Made by a program: the position numbers and the translations under genes. From a virus, in the IMG/VR virus record IMGVR_UViG_3300044716_000883, positions 96,001 through 160,000 of that record: a stretch of DNA of 64,000 nt; one strand, written 5' to 3'. The notes under the pieces are model-generated. The model searched no databases. It saw nothing but the letters and a program-made list of their open reading frames with translations, and was not told the DNA's origin. Of the stretch, positions 28,096 to 38,729 are shown one piece after another (positions within the stretch are counted from its first letter, which is position 1; every line of letters starts with the position of its first letter).

Positions 28096-29760
28096 ATGGC
28101 TCAAAAACACAGTCCTAGTATTGTTAAAGATGGTTTAATATTAAACCTAGATGCCGCTGACATATCATCATACAACGTTCCTTCTTTTGTTGAAGTATTA
28201 GTTGTAGCTGGTGGTGGTGGGGGAGGTATGGATATGGGAGGTGGTGGAGGTGGTGGTGGTGTTGTCTACACCCCCAAATATAATGTATCTAGAGGTGACT
28301 CAATCTCAGTAACAGTAGGAGCTGGAGGTTGGGGTGCTCCTGCGGGTGGAACAAATAGAGGAGATGGGGTCGGACCACAACCTGGTAGCCACCAATTTAC
28401 AGTCCCTGCAACTAATGGAGGTAACTCTGTTTTTGGAAATATAACAGCTGTTGGAGGTGGATATGGAGCAAGCTCTTATTATGGGTATCTTCCTGATTAT
28501 GGCTATGGAGCTTCTGGAGGATCAGGAGGTGGATGCTCAGCATATACCCACGGAGGCGAACGATACGTAGATACTAATGGAACACCAGGACAAGGATATC
28601 CTGGAGGTAATTCAGGTAATCCTTCTTCGGGAGGTGATGATCACTACTCTGGTGGTGGTGGTGGTGCTGGTGGTAGAGGAACTAGTGGTCCTAACCACTC
28701 CGGACCTAATGGCACTAGAGCAGATGGTGGGCCTGGGATAAGATATCCTCAAATGAGCCCTTTTTACTTTGCTGGTGGTGGTGGTGGATCCGGTTACTCT
28801 AGTACTCAAGGAGGTAATGGAGGTTTAGGTGGTGGTGGTGGTGGAGCTGCTGGTGGAAATGGCAACACTGTAGGGGCTGGGGATACTAACGGCATAAACG
28901 CAGGAGTTAATGGAGGTTTAGGTAATAACCAGCCAGGTGGAAATGCAGGTGCTAATACTGGAGGTGGAGGTGGTGGTGGATCACATTACAATTCAGGTAA
29001 TAAGGGTGGAAATGGAGGATCAGGTATAGTAATAGTACGTTATCCCGGAATTCAAGCCGCTACTGGTGGTACTATTGAAACTAAAGGTGGATATACTTAC
29101 CATACTTTTACAAGTAGTGGAACTTTTGCTGTTGTAGCAGGTGGCACTACTTGGACTAATATTAATAATCCATCATTAAATGCTTCTTTAGCTAATGGAA
29201 CTTCTTATAATTCTTCTAATAAAGGTAATATAATATTAGACGGAACAGATGACACTATATTAGCACCATCAATTAATTCTTTAGGAGCTATACCTAACCA
29301 TGCTTGGGAAATATGGGTAAAAAGTTCTGGTTTAGGTTCAGGCAAAAGTATTGGAGGTTTAATATGCCCTGATTACGGAATGATATCATACATTTCTGGA
29401 GATGGAAATGTAGCTTATTATTTATATAATACAGATGGCACATTTGGTTACCTAATGAGTTTAGGAACATCCGGAGTAAACTGTTTTGACAACAACTGGC
29501 ACCATATAGTATGTACAAGAAACATTAGTACAGCAGCAATTTATGTTGATGGTACCCTTAGAAATTCTACCTCAGGAGGAGGAACTTGGTCTGGATCAAC
29601 AGTTTGGAGTGGTATGAATACTCAAATAGGAAACAACCCAAACGATGCTTATTACAATCTAAAAGGAAATATTGGTTTAGCAAGAATATATAATAGATAT
29701 TTTACAGCACAAGACGTATTACAAAATTTTAACGCAAACAAAAAAAGATTCGGATTATAA
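28096..29760 (+). CDS. glycine-rich + LamG/ConA-like lectin domain virion protein
   Basis: GLILNLDAAD start; VEVLVVAGGGGGG...GSGIVIVRY Gly-rich domain; LDGTDD...WHHIV...IYVDG...IYNR LamG motifs. Confidence 0.8.
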   Translation: MAQKHSPSIVKDGLILNLDAADISSYNVPSFVEVLVVAGGGGGGMDMGGGGGGGGVVYTPKYNVSRGDSISVTVGAGGWGAPAGGTNRGDGVGPQPGSHQFTVPATNGGNSVFGNITAVGGGYGASSYYGYLPDYGYGASGGSGGGCSAYTHGGERYVDTNGTPGQGYPGGNSGNPSSGGDDHYSGGGGGAGGRGTSGPNHSGPNGTRADGGPGIRYPQMSPFYFAGGGGGSGYSSTQGGNGGLGGGGGGAAGGNGNTVGAGDTNGINAGVNGGLGNNQPGGNAGANTGGGGGGGSHYNSGNKGGNGGSGIVIVRYPGIQAATGGTIETKGGYTYHTFTSSGTFAVVAGGTTWTNINNPSLNASLANGTSYNSSNKGNIILDGTDDTILAPSINSLGAIPNHAWEIWVKSSGLGSGKSIGGLICPDYGMISYISGDGNVAYYLYNTDGTFGYLMSLGTSGVNCFDNNWHHIVCTRNISTAAIYVDGTLRNSTSGGGTWSGSTVWSGMNTQIGNNPNDAYYNLKGNIGLARIYNRYFTAQDVLQNFNANKKRFGL

Positions 29761-29761
29761 C

Positions 29762-31027
29762 ATGCCATCATCATCAGGATTTAGAAATACAGCTAAAGAT
29801 TCATTAGTATATGCAATGGATACTTACGATACTGGTAACTGTGTCACTCCATTAGGATGTGGAGGATTTAATAACAGTACCCAAGGTATTAAAAACATAT
29901 TAACAGGAGTTACAGCATTATTTCAAAATGGATTAAAAATATCAAATAGAACCTTCTACACCGCTTTTGGAATATCATACCCTGAAGGATCTTATGGTGG
30001 TGATGCTGCTAATAGAAACGGACTAACAGAAGGATTTAATGTACGAAGTGGTGGAAAAACATACGATGCCTCACGTTCACTTCATATGTGGGTTTGGAAT
30101 AATGATACCAATGCTTGGGTTCCTGATTCATATTTTAGAGGATTAAGATTGAATGGTCATTGTTATGATAACTACGGAGGTTATGGAGAATGGCAAAATG
30201 AATTAAATTATTTTAATGGTGATTATAATATTATAAAAAATGCATTTCCAAATTGTACTTTTATAATAGTTGGATCTCATGCTTGTTCAAATTTTGATTC
30301 TACTACTATTGCAAATTTAACAAGCTTAGGAGCACCAAATTCTACAATTAGTGGATGGACAAATAATGCTGAATGGCGCGAATTTGTTCTTGTAGGCAAA
30401 CCAGGATTAGGAAGTGGAAATGCATATGGGTGGGCGTATGAAAACTATTCTACCAACCCAGGCCAAGTAGCACATATGAATTTAAGTGTAAATCCAAAAT
30501 CATTAGGTATTATATCTTTTGATGGTACTGATGATTATTTTGATCTACCTACATCATCAATACCTACAGGCTACTTAATAACAATTGAATTAGTAACTAA
30601 AGGAATTAATTCATACCCAAATTCTTCTATAATAGCAGGTGGAACAGGAGGAAATCAGGATTTAAACATTCATTTACCTTGGGGTGATGGAAATTTATAT
30701 TGGGATGTTGGTAGACCTTTTAATAGAATTTATAAAGCAGTATCAGCTTCAGAACTTACTGGAGTTCATCATTGGGTATTTACTAAAAATGCCTCAACCG
30801 GTATCATGAATATTTATTTAGATGGAAGCTTATGGCATACTGGGGGTGGACAAACATCAACTATTCCAGCAATGGGTGTAGTAAATTTAGGAAGATATAA
30901 TATTGGTAACGGTGGATTATATTATTATAATGCATCTTTATCTGTATTAAATATATATAATAAGGATTTATCACCTTCAGAAATTCTTAGAAACTATAAT
31001 AGTTATAAAAGACGAAACTTAGTATAA
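29762..31027 (+). CDS. LamG/ConA-like domain virion protein
   Basis: FDGTDDYF, HHWVFT, IYLDG, IYNKDLSPSEILRNY. Confidence 0.78.
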   Translation: MPSSSGFRNTAKDSLVYAMDTYDTGNCVTPLGCGGFNNSTQGIKNILTGVTALFQNGLKISNRTFYTAFGISYPEGSYGGDAANRNGLTEGFNVRSGGKTYDASRSLHMWVWNNDTNAWVPDSYFRGLRLNGHCYDNYGGYGEWQNELNYFNGDYNIIKNAFPNCTFIIVGSHACSNFDSTTIANLTSLGAPNSTISGWTNNAEWREFVLVGKPGLGSGNAYGWAYENYSTNPGQVAHMNLSVNPKSLGIISFDGTDDYFDLPTSSIPTGYLITIELVTKGINSYPNSSIIAGGTGGNQDLNIHLPWGDGNLYWDVGRPFNRIYKAVSASELTGVHHWVFTKNASTGIMNIYLDGSLWHTGGGQTSTIPAMGVVNLGRYNIGNGGLYYYNASLSVLNIYNKDLSPSEILRNYNSYKRRNLV

Positions 31028-32772
31028 TGGCAATAGAACAAGGATATAGTAAAATAGTAACACAAGGACTAAAATTCTCCTACGACACAGGTGATACTAG
31101 AAACTCATATACAGGACGCCCAACAGCCAATATATCAGCTGGTATTGGTATGAGTACATATAATAACGTTCCTGGTAGTGTATCATCTACTTTAACCGGT
31201 ACTGGAACCTATTATAGAGGTGCTGAAATAATAAGACAAGACCTAACAGCATTAGATGGAAGTGGAGCTAGTTGGTTAAGTGGAGGTAACAACCCAGGAA
31301 TTGGTGTTGTAACTGGTGGTGGTGGGGGTATTGGAGGTAGATATACAGGACATAGTATATTTTTTAAACCAACAGTTCCAACAACAAGTTGTCCTGTTTA
31401 TACCCATTATTCAAATATTGGAGGTTGGCAGTCAACCTGTGACTACGATGATATGGGAGACGGGTGGTTTAGAGCAAGAGTAATTTGGTACGCTGGATCA
31501 ACAGCATCAGATGGAAAATATTGGGCTATTAATCCTTTATCAACACCAACAGGCGCTACTGTAACAATATATTGGGCTGGACCTTTTAAAGAAGATTTAA
31601 ATGTAACTAACGTTTCCCAATATATTAATGGTACTAGATCATCAACACAAGGATTATTAGATGTAAGTGGAAAAGGAAATACCATGAGTCTATCAGATGT
31701 GTCTTTTGATAGTAGTGCCTTTCCACAAATAACATTTGATGGAACTAATGATTATATTGATATTAGTTCCTTTGCTCCTGGTAGTAATTCTACAGGTACT
31801 ATTTCTGCTATGGTATACCCACTACAAAACTCAGCAGATTCATATGTAATGGGAGTTGGTGGTAATACTACTTACGGCGCCAGTAGAGCTATTAGAGTAA
31901 ATGGTGGTTATTGGTCTACTGTATCTTATGGTAGCGGTACTGAAGACTTTAATAGTATTGTTGCTGCTCCTTTAAATACATGGCAACATGTAGCTTTTGT
32001 GTGGAATGGAACAACAGTTAATTTTTATCATAATGGAATATTATACACCACAACTAAAAGTGGAATGGTAAATTTTGCTGGGGATAAACTATCTATAGGA
32101 AGACCCCCATGGGGTCCTGGTTCTTATTGGCAAGGAAGGATAAATAATGCTCAAGTATATGATCGTGCCCTACCAGAAAGTGAAATATTACAAAATTATA
32201 ATCATTACAGAACACGCTTTAATCTACCTGGTATAGTATACAATTACAATGAAAGTACTAGAGCCGACCTTTATACTGGTTATTGGAATAATTCAACAAC
32301 ATACACAATGGCTGATTTTGGTGGAATGCCAAATGTAACAGCCCATGGTTGGTCTACAGGCCCAGCAACATATACTTTAACTTTAGGTAGTTTACCAACA
32401 CATACTAAGGTTAGATATAAAGTATACTGGCATTTAGTTGATTCATTAGATAATGAAACTAACCAACTATTTATAATGAATTCATCTGGTACAGAAAGTG
32501 AAATATTAAGATTTACTAAACAGTACAACCTAGTACCCAACATTAGTGTAGCCGCATCTCCAGGTACATATACATGGTCCGGACCTAAAACATATACTTA
32601 TAGGCCATGGGGTAGTGGTACCTATGGACAGGATGGATATATTATAGTAGACAGTGGGTGGGTTGATCACACAGCTTCATCATTCACTGCTAGACATGTA
32701 ATGGGAGCAGATCAAGGCCAATCAGACGAAGCAGAATATTTATCACACGTTGAAGTACAACTATTTGGTTAA
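31027..32772 (+). CDS. LamG/ConA-like domain virion protein with extra C-terminal domain
   Basis: FDGTNDYI, WQHVAFVWNG, VYDRALPESEILQNY. Confidence 0.78.
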   Translation: MAIEQGYSKIVTQGLKFSYDTGDTRNSYTGRPTANISAGIGMSTYNNVPGSVSSTLTGTGTYYRGAEIIRQDLTALDGSGASWLSGGNNPGIGVVTGGGGGIGGRYTGHSIFFKPTVPTTSCPVYTHYSNIGGWQSTCDYDDMGDGWFRARVIWYAGSTASDGKYWAINPLSTPTGATVTIYWAGPFKEDLNVTNVSQYINGTRSSTQGLLDVSGKGNTMSLSDVSFDSSAFPQITFDGTNDYIDISSFAPGSNSTGTISAMVYPLQNSADSYVMGVGGNTTYGASRAIRVNGGYWSTVSYGSGTEDFNSIVAAPLNTWQHVAFVWNGTTVNFYHNGILYTTTKSGMVNFAGDKLSIGRPPWGPGSYWQGRINNAQVYDRALPESEILQNYNHYRTRFNLPGIVYNYNESTRADLYTGYWNNSTTYTMADFGGMPNVTAHGWSTGPATYTLTLGSLPTHTKVRYKVYWHLVDSLDNETNQLFIMNSSGTESEILRFTKQYNLVPNISVAASPGTYTWSGPKTYTYRPWGSGTYGQDGYIIVDSGWVDHTASSFTARHVMGADQGQSDEAEYLSHVEVQLFG

Positions 32773-32795
32773 TAAAAAATAAAATATTTATACAT

Positions 32796-33137
32796 ATGGA
32801 AACACAATTCTCAAATCGCCGTTGGTTAGTAATACCAACAACAATAACAGGCTCGATTGAATTCAATCAAGTATTACAAGATTCAACCGGATCTCTACGT
32901 TTAAGTGTAGACGGTACTCAAACATTCGTTAAATACGAAATAACAGAGGTAACAGAAAGTTACACATTATCTCATGTAGTAGCTGAAACTGGTGTTGAAA
33001 CAACACATACTGTTGAAGCAGGCATTTATGGCCGCCCATCAATATACTCACCAGAATATCCTGAGTACAATCATGAAGAAATATTAGCCCTACTATCAAC
33101 CGAAGTATGGACTAAACCAATCGTTATAGACCCTTAA
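32796..33137 (+). CDS. hypothetical protein (fibre-associated)
   Basis: 113-aa ORF after ATATTTAT, within the fibre block. Confidence 0.55.
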   Translation: METQFSNRRWLVIPTTITGSIEFNQVLQDSTGSLRLSVDGTQTFVKYEITEVTESYTLSHVVAETGVETTHTVEAGIYGRPSIYSPEYPEYNHEEILALLSTEVWTKPIVIDP

Positions 33138-33185
33138 TATTTATACGAAACCCCCACCTTAGGGAAAGTGATCTAAGGACGTAAT

Positions 33186-35069
33186 ATGGCAAATGAATTT
33201 GTAGCCCGCAATGGCCTCATTGCACTTGATAATTCCACTATAAGTGGTTCTTTAAATGTAATTAATAATATTACTGGTTCTAACGCTTTGTTCACCGGTA
33301 CTATTACGGCACAAACATTATTAGTCCAAGATATTACTTCCTCAAGAGACTTTGTAACTGGATCTACCAAATTTGGTACTGTCCCTGCAAATACCCATCA
33401 ATTTACTGGTTCAGTAAGTATAAGTGGAAGCCTTGCTTTTCCAACAATAGCAATAGGTACAACAGAAACTAATATAGTTGTAGCTGATGCTAGTGGTAAT
33501 CTTAGATTTAGATCAAATTTAAGTTTACAGGGGACCACAGGTGCAACAGGCGCTCAAGGAACTACAGGTGCCACTGGTGCACAAGGTATACAAGGTACTA
33601 TAGGTGCTCAAGGTGTTCAAGGTGTTCAAGGTGTTATGGGTGATACGGGCGCGCAAGGCGCTATAGGTACTGGTACACAAGGTGCTATAGGTGCTACTGG
33701 TGCACAAGGTACACAAGGTGCCATAGGTACAACTGGTGCACAAGGTGCTATAGGCACAACTGGTGCGCAAGGCGCTATAGGAGCAACAGGTGCTCAGGGT
33801 GTTCAAGGTGTACAAGGAACTACAGGCGCTACAGGTGCCCAAGGTACTATAGGTACAACTGGCGCTCAGGGTGCCACAGGTGCAACAGGCGCTCAGGGTG
33901 TTCAAGGTGTACAAGGTATTCAAGGTGTACAAGGTCTTCAAGGTATTCAAGGTACTATTGGTACTACAGGCGCTCAAGGAACCACAGGCGCTATCGGTGC
34001 TCAAGGTGTTCAAGGTGTTCAAGGTACTATAGGTACAACCGGTGCTCAAGGAACAATCGGTACAACAGGTGCACAAGGAACAATTGGTACAACCGGTGCA
34101 CAAGGATCAACAGGTGCTACCGGTGCACAGGGGGCAACAGGCGCTACGGGTGCACAAGGCGCAACAGGCGCTACTGGTGCACAAGGTACAATCGGTACAA
34201 CGGGAGCACAAGGTACAACCGGTACAACAGGCGCTCAAGGAACCACGGGTACAACGGGAGCACAAGGTACTATTGGTACCACAGGTGCTCAAGGTACTGT
34301 TGGTACTACAGGCGCTCAAGGAACTACAGGTGCAACAGGAGCAAGTGCAGGAATAACTTCATATACAAACGTAGCAGATAATAGAGTAATAACATCCGTT
34401 AACTCATCTACTATCAATGCAGAAACAAATTTAACATTTGACGGATCTACTTTAACAGTATCTGGAAATACTGCAAATAAGGTATCTGTTGTAGGTTCAG
34501 GCAGTGCAGCAAACTATACTCTATTCTCAATAGATGGAGCAAACGGACGTCTATTTGAAGTAACAGATGACTTATCAGACTCATTATTTTCAGTAAATAC
34601 AGTTGCCGGTTTACCTGTAATTGAAGCATTTGCAAATAGTACAGTTAGAATGGGTCAATTTGGTCAACAAGCATTATTTGTATCAGCTACTTCAGTTGGT
34701 ATGGGTAATGAAGCCCCAGCCTATAAACTTGACGTTACAGGTACTATTCGTGCCTCAGCAGACGTTATTGCATATTCAGATGCTCGTGTCAAAACAGATG
34801 TTATTACAATTGAAAATGCACTTGATAAAGTAAAAGCATTACGTGGTGTAACATATATTCGTGTAGATACAGAAGATAAGTCTCGTAAAATGGGTGTAAT
34901 TGCTCAAGAAACTGAAAAAGTATTACCTGAAGTAGTACAACAAGATGAGAAGGGTAGATATAGCGTTGCGTATGGTAACATAGTTGGTGTATTAATTGAA
35001 GCAATAAAAGAACAACAATCACAGATTGATGAATTAAAAATATTAGTAAATCAATTATTAAATAAATAA
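33186..35069 (+). CDS. collagen-like tail fibre with C-terminal peptidase S74 intramolecular chaperone
   Basis: About 90 Gly-X-Y triplets; YSDARVKTD...GVIAQE...LPEVV...[15 protein letters not shown]74 signature. Confidence 0.9.
   Translation: MANEFVARNGLIALDNSTISGSLNVINNITGSNALFTGTITAQTLLVQDITSSRDFVTGSTKFGTVPANTHQFTGSVSISGSLAFPTIAIGTTETNIVVADASGNLRFRSNLSLQGTTGATGAQGTTGATGAQGIQGTIGAQGVQGVQGVMGDTGAQGAIGTGTQGAIGATGAQGTQGAIGTTGAQGAIGTTGAQGAIGATGAQGVQGVQGTTGATGAQGTIGTTGAQGATGATGAQGVQGVQGIQGVQGLQGIQGTIGTTGAQGTTGAIGAQGVQGVQGTIGTTGAQGTIGTTGAQGTIGTTGAQGSTGATGAQGATGATGAQGATGATGAQGTIGTTGAQGTTGTTGAQGTTGTTGAQGTIGTTGAQGTVGTTGAQGTTGATGASAGITSYTNVADNRVITSVNSSTINAETNLTFDGSTLTVSGNTANKVSVVGSGSAANYTLFSIDGANGRLFEVTDDLSDSLFSVNTVAGLPVIEAFANSTVRMGQFGQQALFVSATSVGMGNEAPAYKLDVTGTIRASADVIAYSDARVKTDVITIENALDKVKALRGVTYIRVDTEDKSRKMGVIAQETEKVLPEVVQQDEKGRYSVAYGNIVGVLIEAIKEQQSQIDELKILVNQLLNK
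33530..34345 (+). repeat. collagen-like GXY repeat ([15 protein letters not shown])
   Basis: Direct translation; no proline in the array; one G-T-G interruption. Confidence 0.9.
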
Positions 35070-35072
35070 GTT

Positions 35073-35600
35073 ATGGGATTTATAATCAAGCAACCCATTG
35101 AAACTAATCAAGGGTTGTTAACAGAAGCGTATGCTAGGATTGAAATGTATAGAGTAGATATGTTCTATGGTTTATTACATGCTACTGTAGCTATGTACCC
35201 TAGTAGACAGATTGCAAAAGATACTTTTCCTGTATATTTTGGAGAAATCAATACTCATCCTTCTCAAATTGTAGGAGTAAGTATAGTGTATAATGGAGAA
35301 GAAATAGAGTACCCAACCTATTTTGAGCTTCCTATGGTAGATCCTGTTGAAGTTGAAATACCTATACATGAGGATGTTGTTGGAAGTAAAACAAGTACAT
35401 ACTACGATTTTGATGATAATGGAGAAATTGTAGAAAAAACAAGAGAAGAAGAAACAAAATCAACAATCCAAACAGGAACACAAAATATAACTAAACAAAA
35501 AATAAACATAAATAAAGAAAATGTTTATTCTTTTGCTTATGAAGAAGTTAAAAAAGAATTTGGTAAGATATTTGGTGAAGAAAATATAATAGACGAATAA
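35073..35600 (+). CDS. hypothetical protein (possible fibre chaperone)
   Basis: 175-aa acidic ORF directly after the fibre. Confidence 0.55.
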   Translation: MGFIIKQPIETNQGLLTEAYARIEMYRVDMFYGLLHATVAMYPSRQIAKDTFPVYFGEINTHPSQIVGVSIVYNGEEIEYPTYFELPMVDPVEVEIPIHEDVVGSKTSTYYDFDDNGEIVEKTREEETKSTIQTGTQNITKQKININKENVYSFAYEEVKKEFGKIFGEENIIDE

Positions 35601-36091
35601 TGGGTATAAGTACACAAGGCTCTACTAACGTTTCTCTCAACACAGCTGCTACATATGTTGGGGCTTCGCCAAAGTCTATGCGTACTGTTGGAGGTAAAAC
35701 TTTCCCTAGATATGATACCTCAAGTGCTTCTATGGATACAATGCTTAGAAGTACAAGTCTATTTCAGGTTATTGTTTATAGTAGTAATACATCACAAGGA
35801 ACAGTAAGTATTACTTACCCATTCAGTGTAAGTGGAGATGGTGCTGGGTCTAATCACTTTGTAATCTCTAAAGTATATTCTTACATTACTATTGTAGCAA
35901 CATCAATCTATCCTTATTACTTTAGACGTTGGGCTACAACATCCGGAGGTACATCTCCAATTTTAACAGGTGGTACAACATCTGGTGATAACCAACCTTA
36001 TGGCACTGCTGGTTCACCAATCGTTTATTCATATAACTTTAACGTTACAGATGCGGCTAGTTATACCACAATTTATGCAGTATTTTCATAA
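35600..36091 (+). CDS. S/T/G-rich hypothetical virion protein
   Basis: TAATG-coupled, beta-rich composition. Confidence 0.55.
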   Translation: MGISTQGSTNVSLNTAATYVGASPKSMRTVGGKTFPRYDTSSASMDTMLRSTSLFQVIVYSSNTSQGTVSITYPFSVSGDGAGSNHFVISKVYSYITIVATSIYPYYFRRWATTSGGTSPILTGGTTSGDNQPYGTAGSPIVYSYNFNVTDAASYTTIYAVFS

Positions 36092-36111
36092 TATTTATTG
36101 CAAAATAAGTT

Positions 36112-36984
36112 ATGAATGTTGTATGGTGTGCTGAGCACATTCAATTTTATTCCAATCTCGAAAAAGCATTTTTGTATACTTCCATCCTAACATGGAAGCA
36201 TTTTTATCCTCATCACACCACTAATTTATACTGTGATAGTCATAGTGAAGCTGTTATTAGAGATATGGGTATTATTGATCTGTGGGACAATATTAATACA
36301 GAAGTATTAAATAAAAAGCAATATACATTTAATGAAAATGCATTTTGGGCTTCATCAAAATTAAAGGTTATAAATGAACTTACAGCTCCGTTTGTTGTAG
36401 TAGATTTAGATTTATTTATCAAACAAAAATTTATTCCTGAAGATTATTGGCGGCAAGATATTATTGGTAACTTTATGGAAATAACTTCTCATCATTACCC
36501 AGAACCATATAAAATTAAAAAATACATGGATCTACCTGAATATGATTGGGATGATAAAGCTATTAATGTTGCATTTTTATATATCAATAATGAAAAGTTA
36601 AGGGCGGAATATGCTCAAACTGCTCTAGAGTGGATGACTACTATGACAGAAAAAGGAGGCGATATTAACGGCCTTAATATGGTTTTTTGTGAACAAAAAT
36701 TATTATGGCAATTAGTAAAACAACATAATCTAAACCATAAATTTTTATTTAATGAAACATTAGTATGTTGGAAAGATCAATGGGTCGAAAATAATTTAGG
36801 TATATTCAATAACAAAAATCAATATAACTACGCTGTTCATTTTGGTCCTGGTAAAAGAACAACATTTGATAAAAGCAACCCACATTGGGAATTGTGTACT
36901 CAAAATATATTAGAAACATTTTTTAAGTATTTTCCTCATTTAAGTATAAACGTATCAAATCTATTAGAAAAAGGCCATGTTTAA
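36112..36984 (+). CDS. putative nucleotide-sugar transferase (DxD, DUF6734-like)
   Basis: WASSKLKVI...FVVVDLDLF DxD motif, INVAFLYI, CEQKLL. Confidence 0.55.
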   Translation: MNVVWCAEHIQFYSNLEKAFLYTSILTWKHFYPHHTTNLYCDSHSEAVIRDMGIIDLWDNINTEVLNKKQYTFNENAFWASSKLKVINELTAPFVVVDLDLFIKQKFIPEDYWRQDIIGNFMEITSHHYPEPYKIKKYMDLPEYDWDDKAINVAFLYINNEKLRAEYAQTALEWMTTMTEKGGDINGLNMVFCEQKLLWQLVKQHNLNHKFLFNETLVCWKDQWVENNLGIFNNKNQYNYAVHFGPGKRTTFDKSNPHWELCTQNILETFFKYFPHLSINVSNLLEKGHV

Positions 36985-37699
36985 TAAAAAATATATAAAA
37001 TCCCACTTAACCAATAATGCAACCACACCAGTACCTTACAGATGGACACATGGTGCTACTGATCTTCATTTAGGAGACGGATTAATAGTTTACTCTATTA
37101 TACAACACATGAGAGCCAAAAACTGTGTTTGTATTGGATCAGGAGGGGGATACATTCCTAGATTGATGACCCAAGCTAGAAGAGATCTATATGATCAAGG
37201 TATATTTGAAGGAAACAATGAATATAATTGGGGAGATATAGGAGCAACCTATGTAGTTGATGCTTGTAACGGAATAGGAGGACCAACTGATTTAGAAAAT
37301 GAACAATCTTTCTATAGAACTAATTTCTACCCTCGACTTATCAAATCAACCTCAGAAAAAGCATACTATGACTTTTTTGTACTACAAGATATTAAAATAG
37401 ATGTTTTATTTATTGATGGTGATCATTCATATGAAGGTGTTAAGTTAGATTTTGAATTATACTCTAAAATATTATCACCTAGAGGTATCATACTAATACA
37501 TGACACTGATGGTGAGTATGAAGAATCATTAATTGTTTCAGAAGATGCTAAAAAAGATCATCATCGTTTTGATGGTCCTTCCCGTTTAGTTAAAGAACTT
37601 CAACAAAATCCTGAATGGAATTTGGTAAATTTATTTAATTTTCGTATATTGAGTGATAAACCATCATCAAGCGGTATAACTATAGTTAATAGAAAATGA
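36977..37699 (+). CDS. class I SAM-dependent methyltransferase (Methyltransf_24-like)
   Basis: CIGSGGG, IDVLFIDGDHSYEGVKLDF, GIILIHDT. Confidence 0.85.
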   Translation: MFNKKYIKSHLTNNATTPVPYRWTHGATDLHLGDGLIVYSIIQHMRAKNCVCIGSGGGYIPRLMTQARRDLYDQGIFEGNNEYNWGDIGATYVVDACNGIGGPTDLENEQSFYRTNFYPRLIKSTSEKAYYDFFVLQDIKIDVLFIDGDHSYEGVKLDFELYSKILSPRGIILIHDTDGEYEESLIVSEDAKKDHHRFDGPSRLVKELQQNPEWNLVNLFNFRILSDKPSSSGITIVNRK

Positions 37700-38535
37700 T
37701 AAGATTAGTTACAGTAACAGGTTCTCGTACCAATACACTTTGGCATATGCTAAGTTATTATAAAGACTTAGTTGATGAAATATACGTTGTTGTATATGAA
37801 TGGGAAGGATTTAGTACATACGATGATGTATTATCTATTACAAAACAATTCCCAAACGTTCGTATTGTAGATAGAGTAGTAGCAGAAAAATACAATTGGG
37901 AAACCGTTACTGCCTTATACAATAAAACAAAAATGCTACACCCTAATGATTGGTGGGTCGTTTCAGACGATGATGAATTTCATGTATATTCAAAAGATTT
38001 AAGAGAAATTATAGCAGATTGTGATACAAATGGGTGGGATGTAGTACGGGGTGGGTTTATTGATAGAATAGGCAAAAACGGAACATTTCCTGAAATAACC
38101 AATGACGAAGATATATTTAAACAATTCCCTTTAGCTGGATTTTTTAGATACCCCTTAAGCGGTGCTTGTCCAAATAAAGTTTGTATATTGAAGGGTTATA
38201 TAGAAATAACACCAGGACAACACTATGCAAAAATAGATGGACATACAACATGGAAATGGCAAGGATGGAATCATCCATTAATTGCTCCTGTTCGTGGGTA
38301 TAATGTTCAAGTTCATCATTTTAAATGGGATAATACATGTGTAGAAAGAATAAAAGCAGTAGCTAATATCAAACAATTATACTCATATTCAGATGAATAT
38401 AAAAAAATGTATCAGGCATTAAGAAGTAATAACTTTGAAATTGATATTACGGATAGTAGATTTATGATTGAAGAAGTTGGTATTTGGGGATATAATCAAT
38501 GGGACAAATTATTTAATATAATATTATCAATATGA
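37696..38535 (+). CDS. GT-A fold glycosyltransferase (GT2/GT92-like)
   Basis: WWVVSDDDEFH, NKVCIL, GQH, VHHFKW. Confidence 0.7.
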   Translation: MIRLVTVTGSRTNTLWHMLSYYKDLVDEIYVVVYEWEGFSTYDDVLSITKQFPNVRIVDRVVAEKYNWETVTALYNKTKMLHPNDWWVVSDDDEFHVYSKDLREIIADCDTNGWDVVRGGFIDRIGKNGTFPEITNDEDIFKQFPLAGFFRYPLSGACPNKVCILKGYIEITPGQHYAKIDGHTTWKWQGWNHPLIAPVRGYNVQVHHFKWDNTCVERIKAVANIKQLYSYSDEYKKMYQALRSNNFEIDITDSRFMIEEVGIWGYNQWDKLFNIILSI

Positions 38536-38729
38536 CACAAGAAGAAAAAGAAAAAGAACAATTAGTTCTTGAACAACGTAAAGTTAAAGCATTAGAAAAA
38601 ATTGCCACTACGTTAGACGCACTTACATGTTGGTTTGAAGAAATTGACAAAGATGAGTGGAGTGATAGGATTCAATTCTACCTATCAGAATTTCATGAAG
38701 CCTCTGTAAAGAAGGAAGATAGTGAATAA
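38532..38729 (+). CDS. small hypothetical protein
   Basis: 65 aa, overlaps both neighbours in an operon-like way. Confidence 0.5.
   Translation: MTQEEKEKEQLVLEQRKVKALEKIATTLDALTCWFEEIDKDEWSDRIQFYLSEFHEASVKKEDSE

Noticed and set aside
33525-34356. Cys/Thr-rich minus-strand and alternate-frame ORFs (33525-34103, 34107-34319, 34042-34356)
   Set aside because: Shadows of the collagen GXY repeat.
20783-35069. Diversity-generating retroelement targeting the fibres (Mtd_N-like start)
   Set aside because: No reverse transcriptase and no template/variable repeat pair differing only at adenines is visible in this window.
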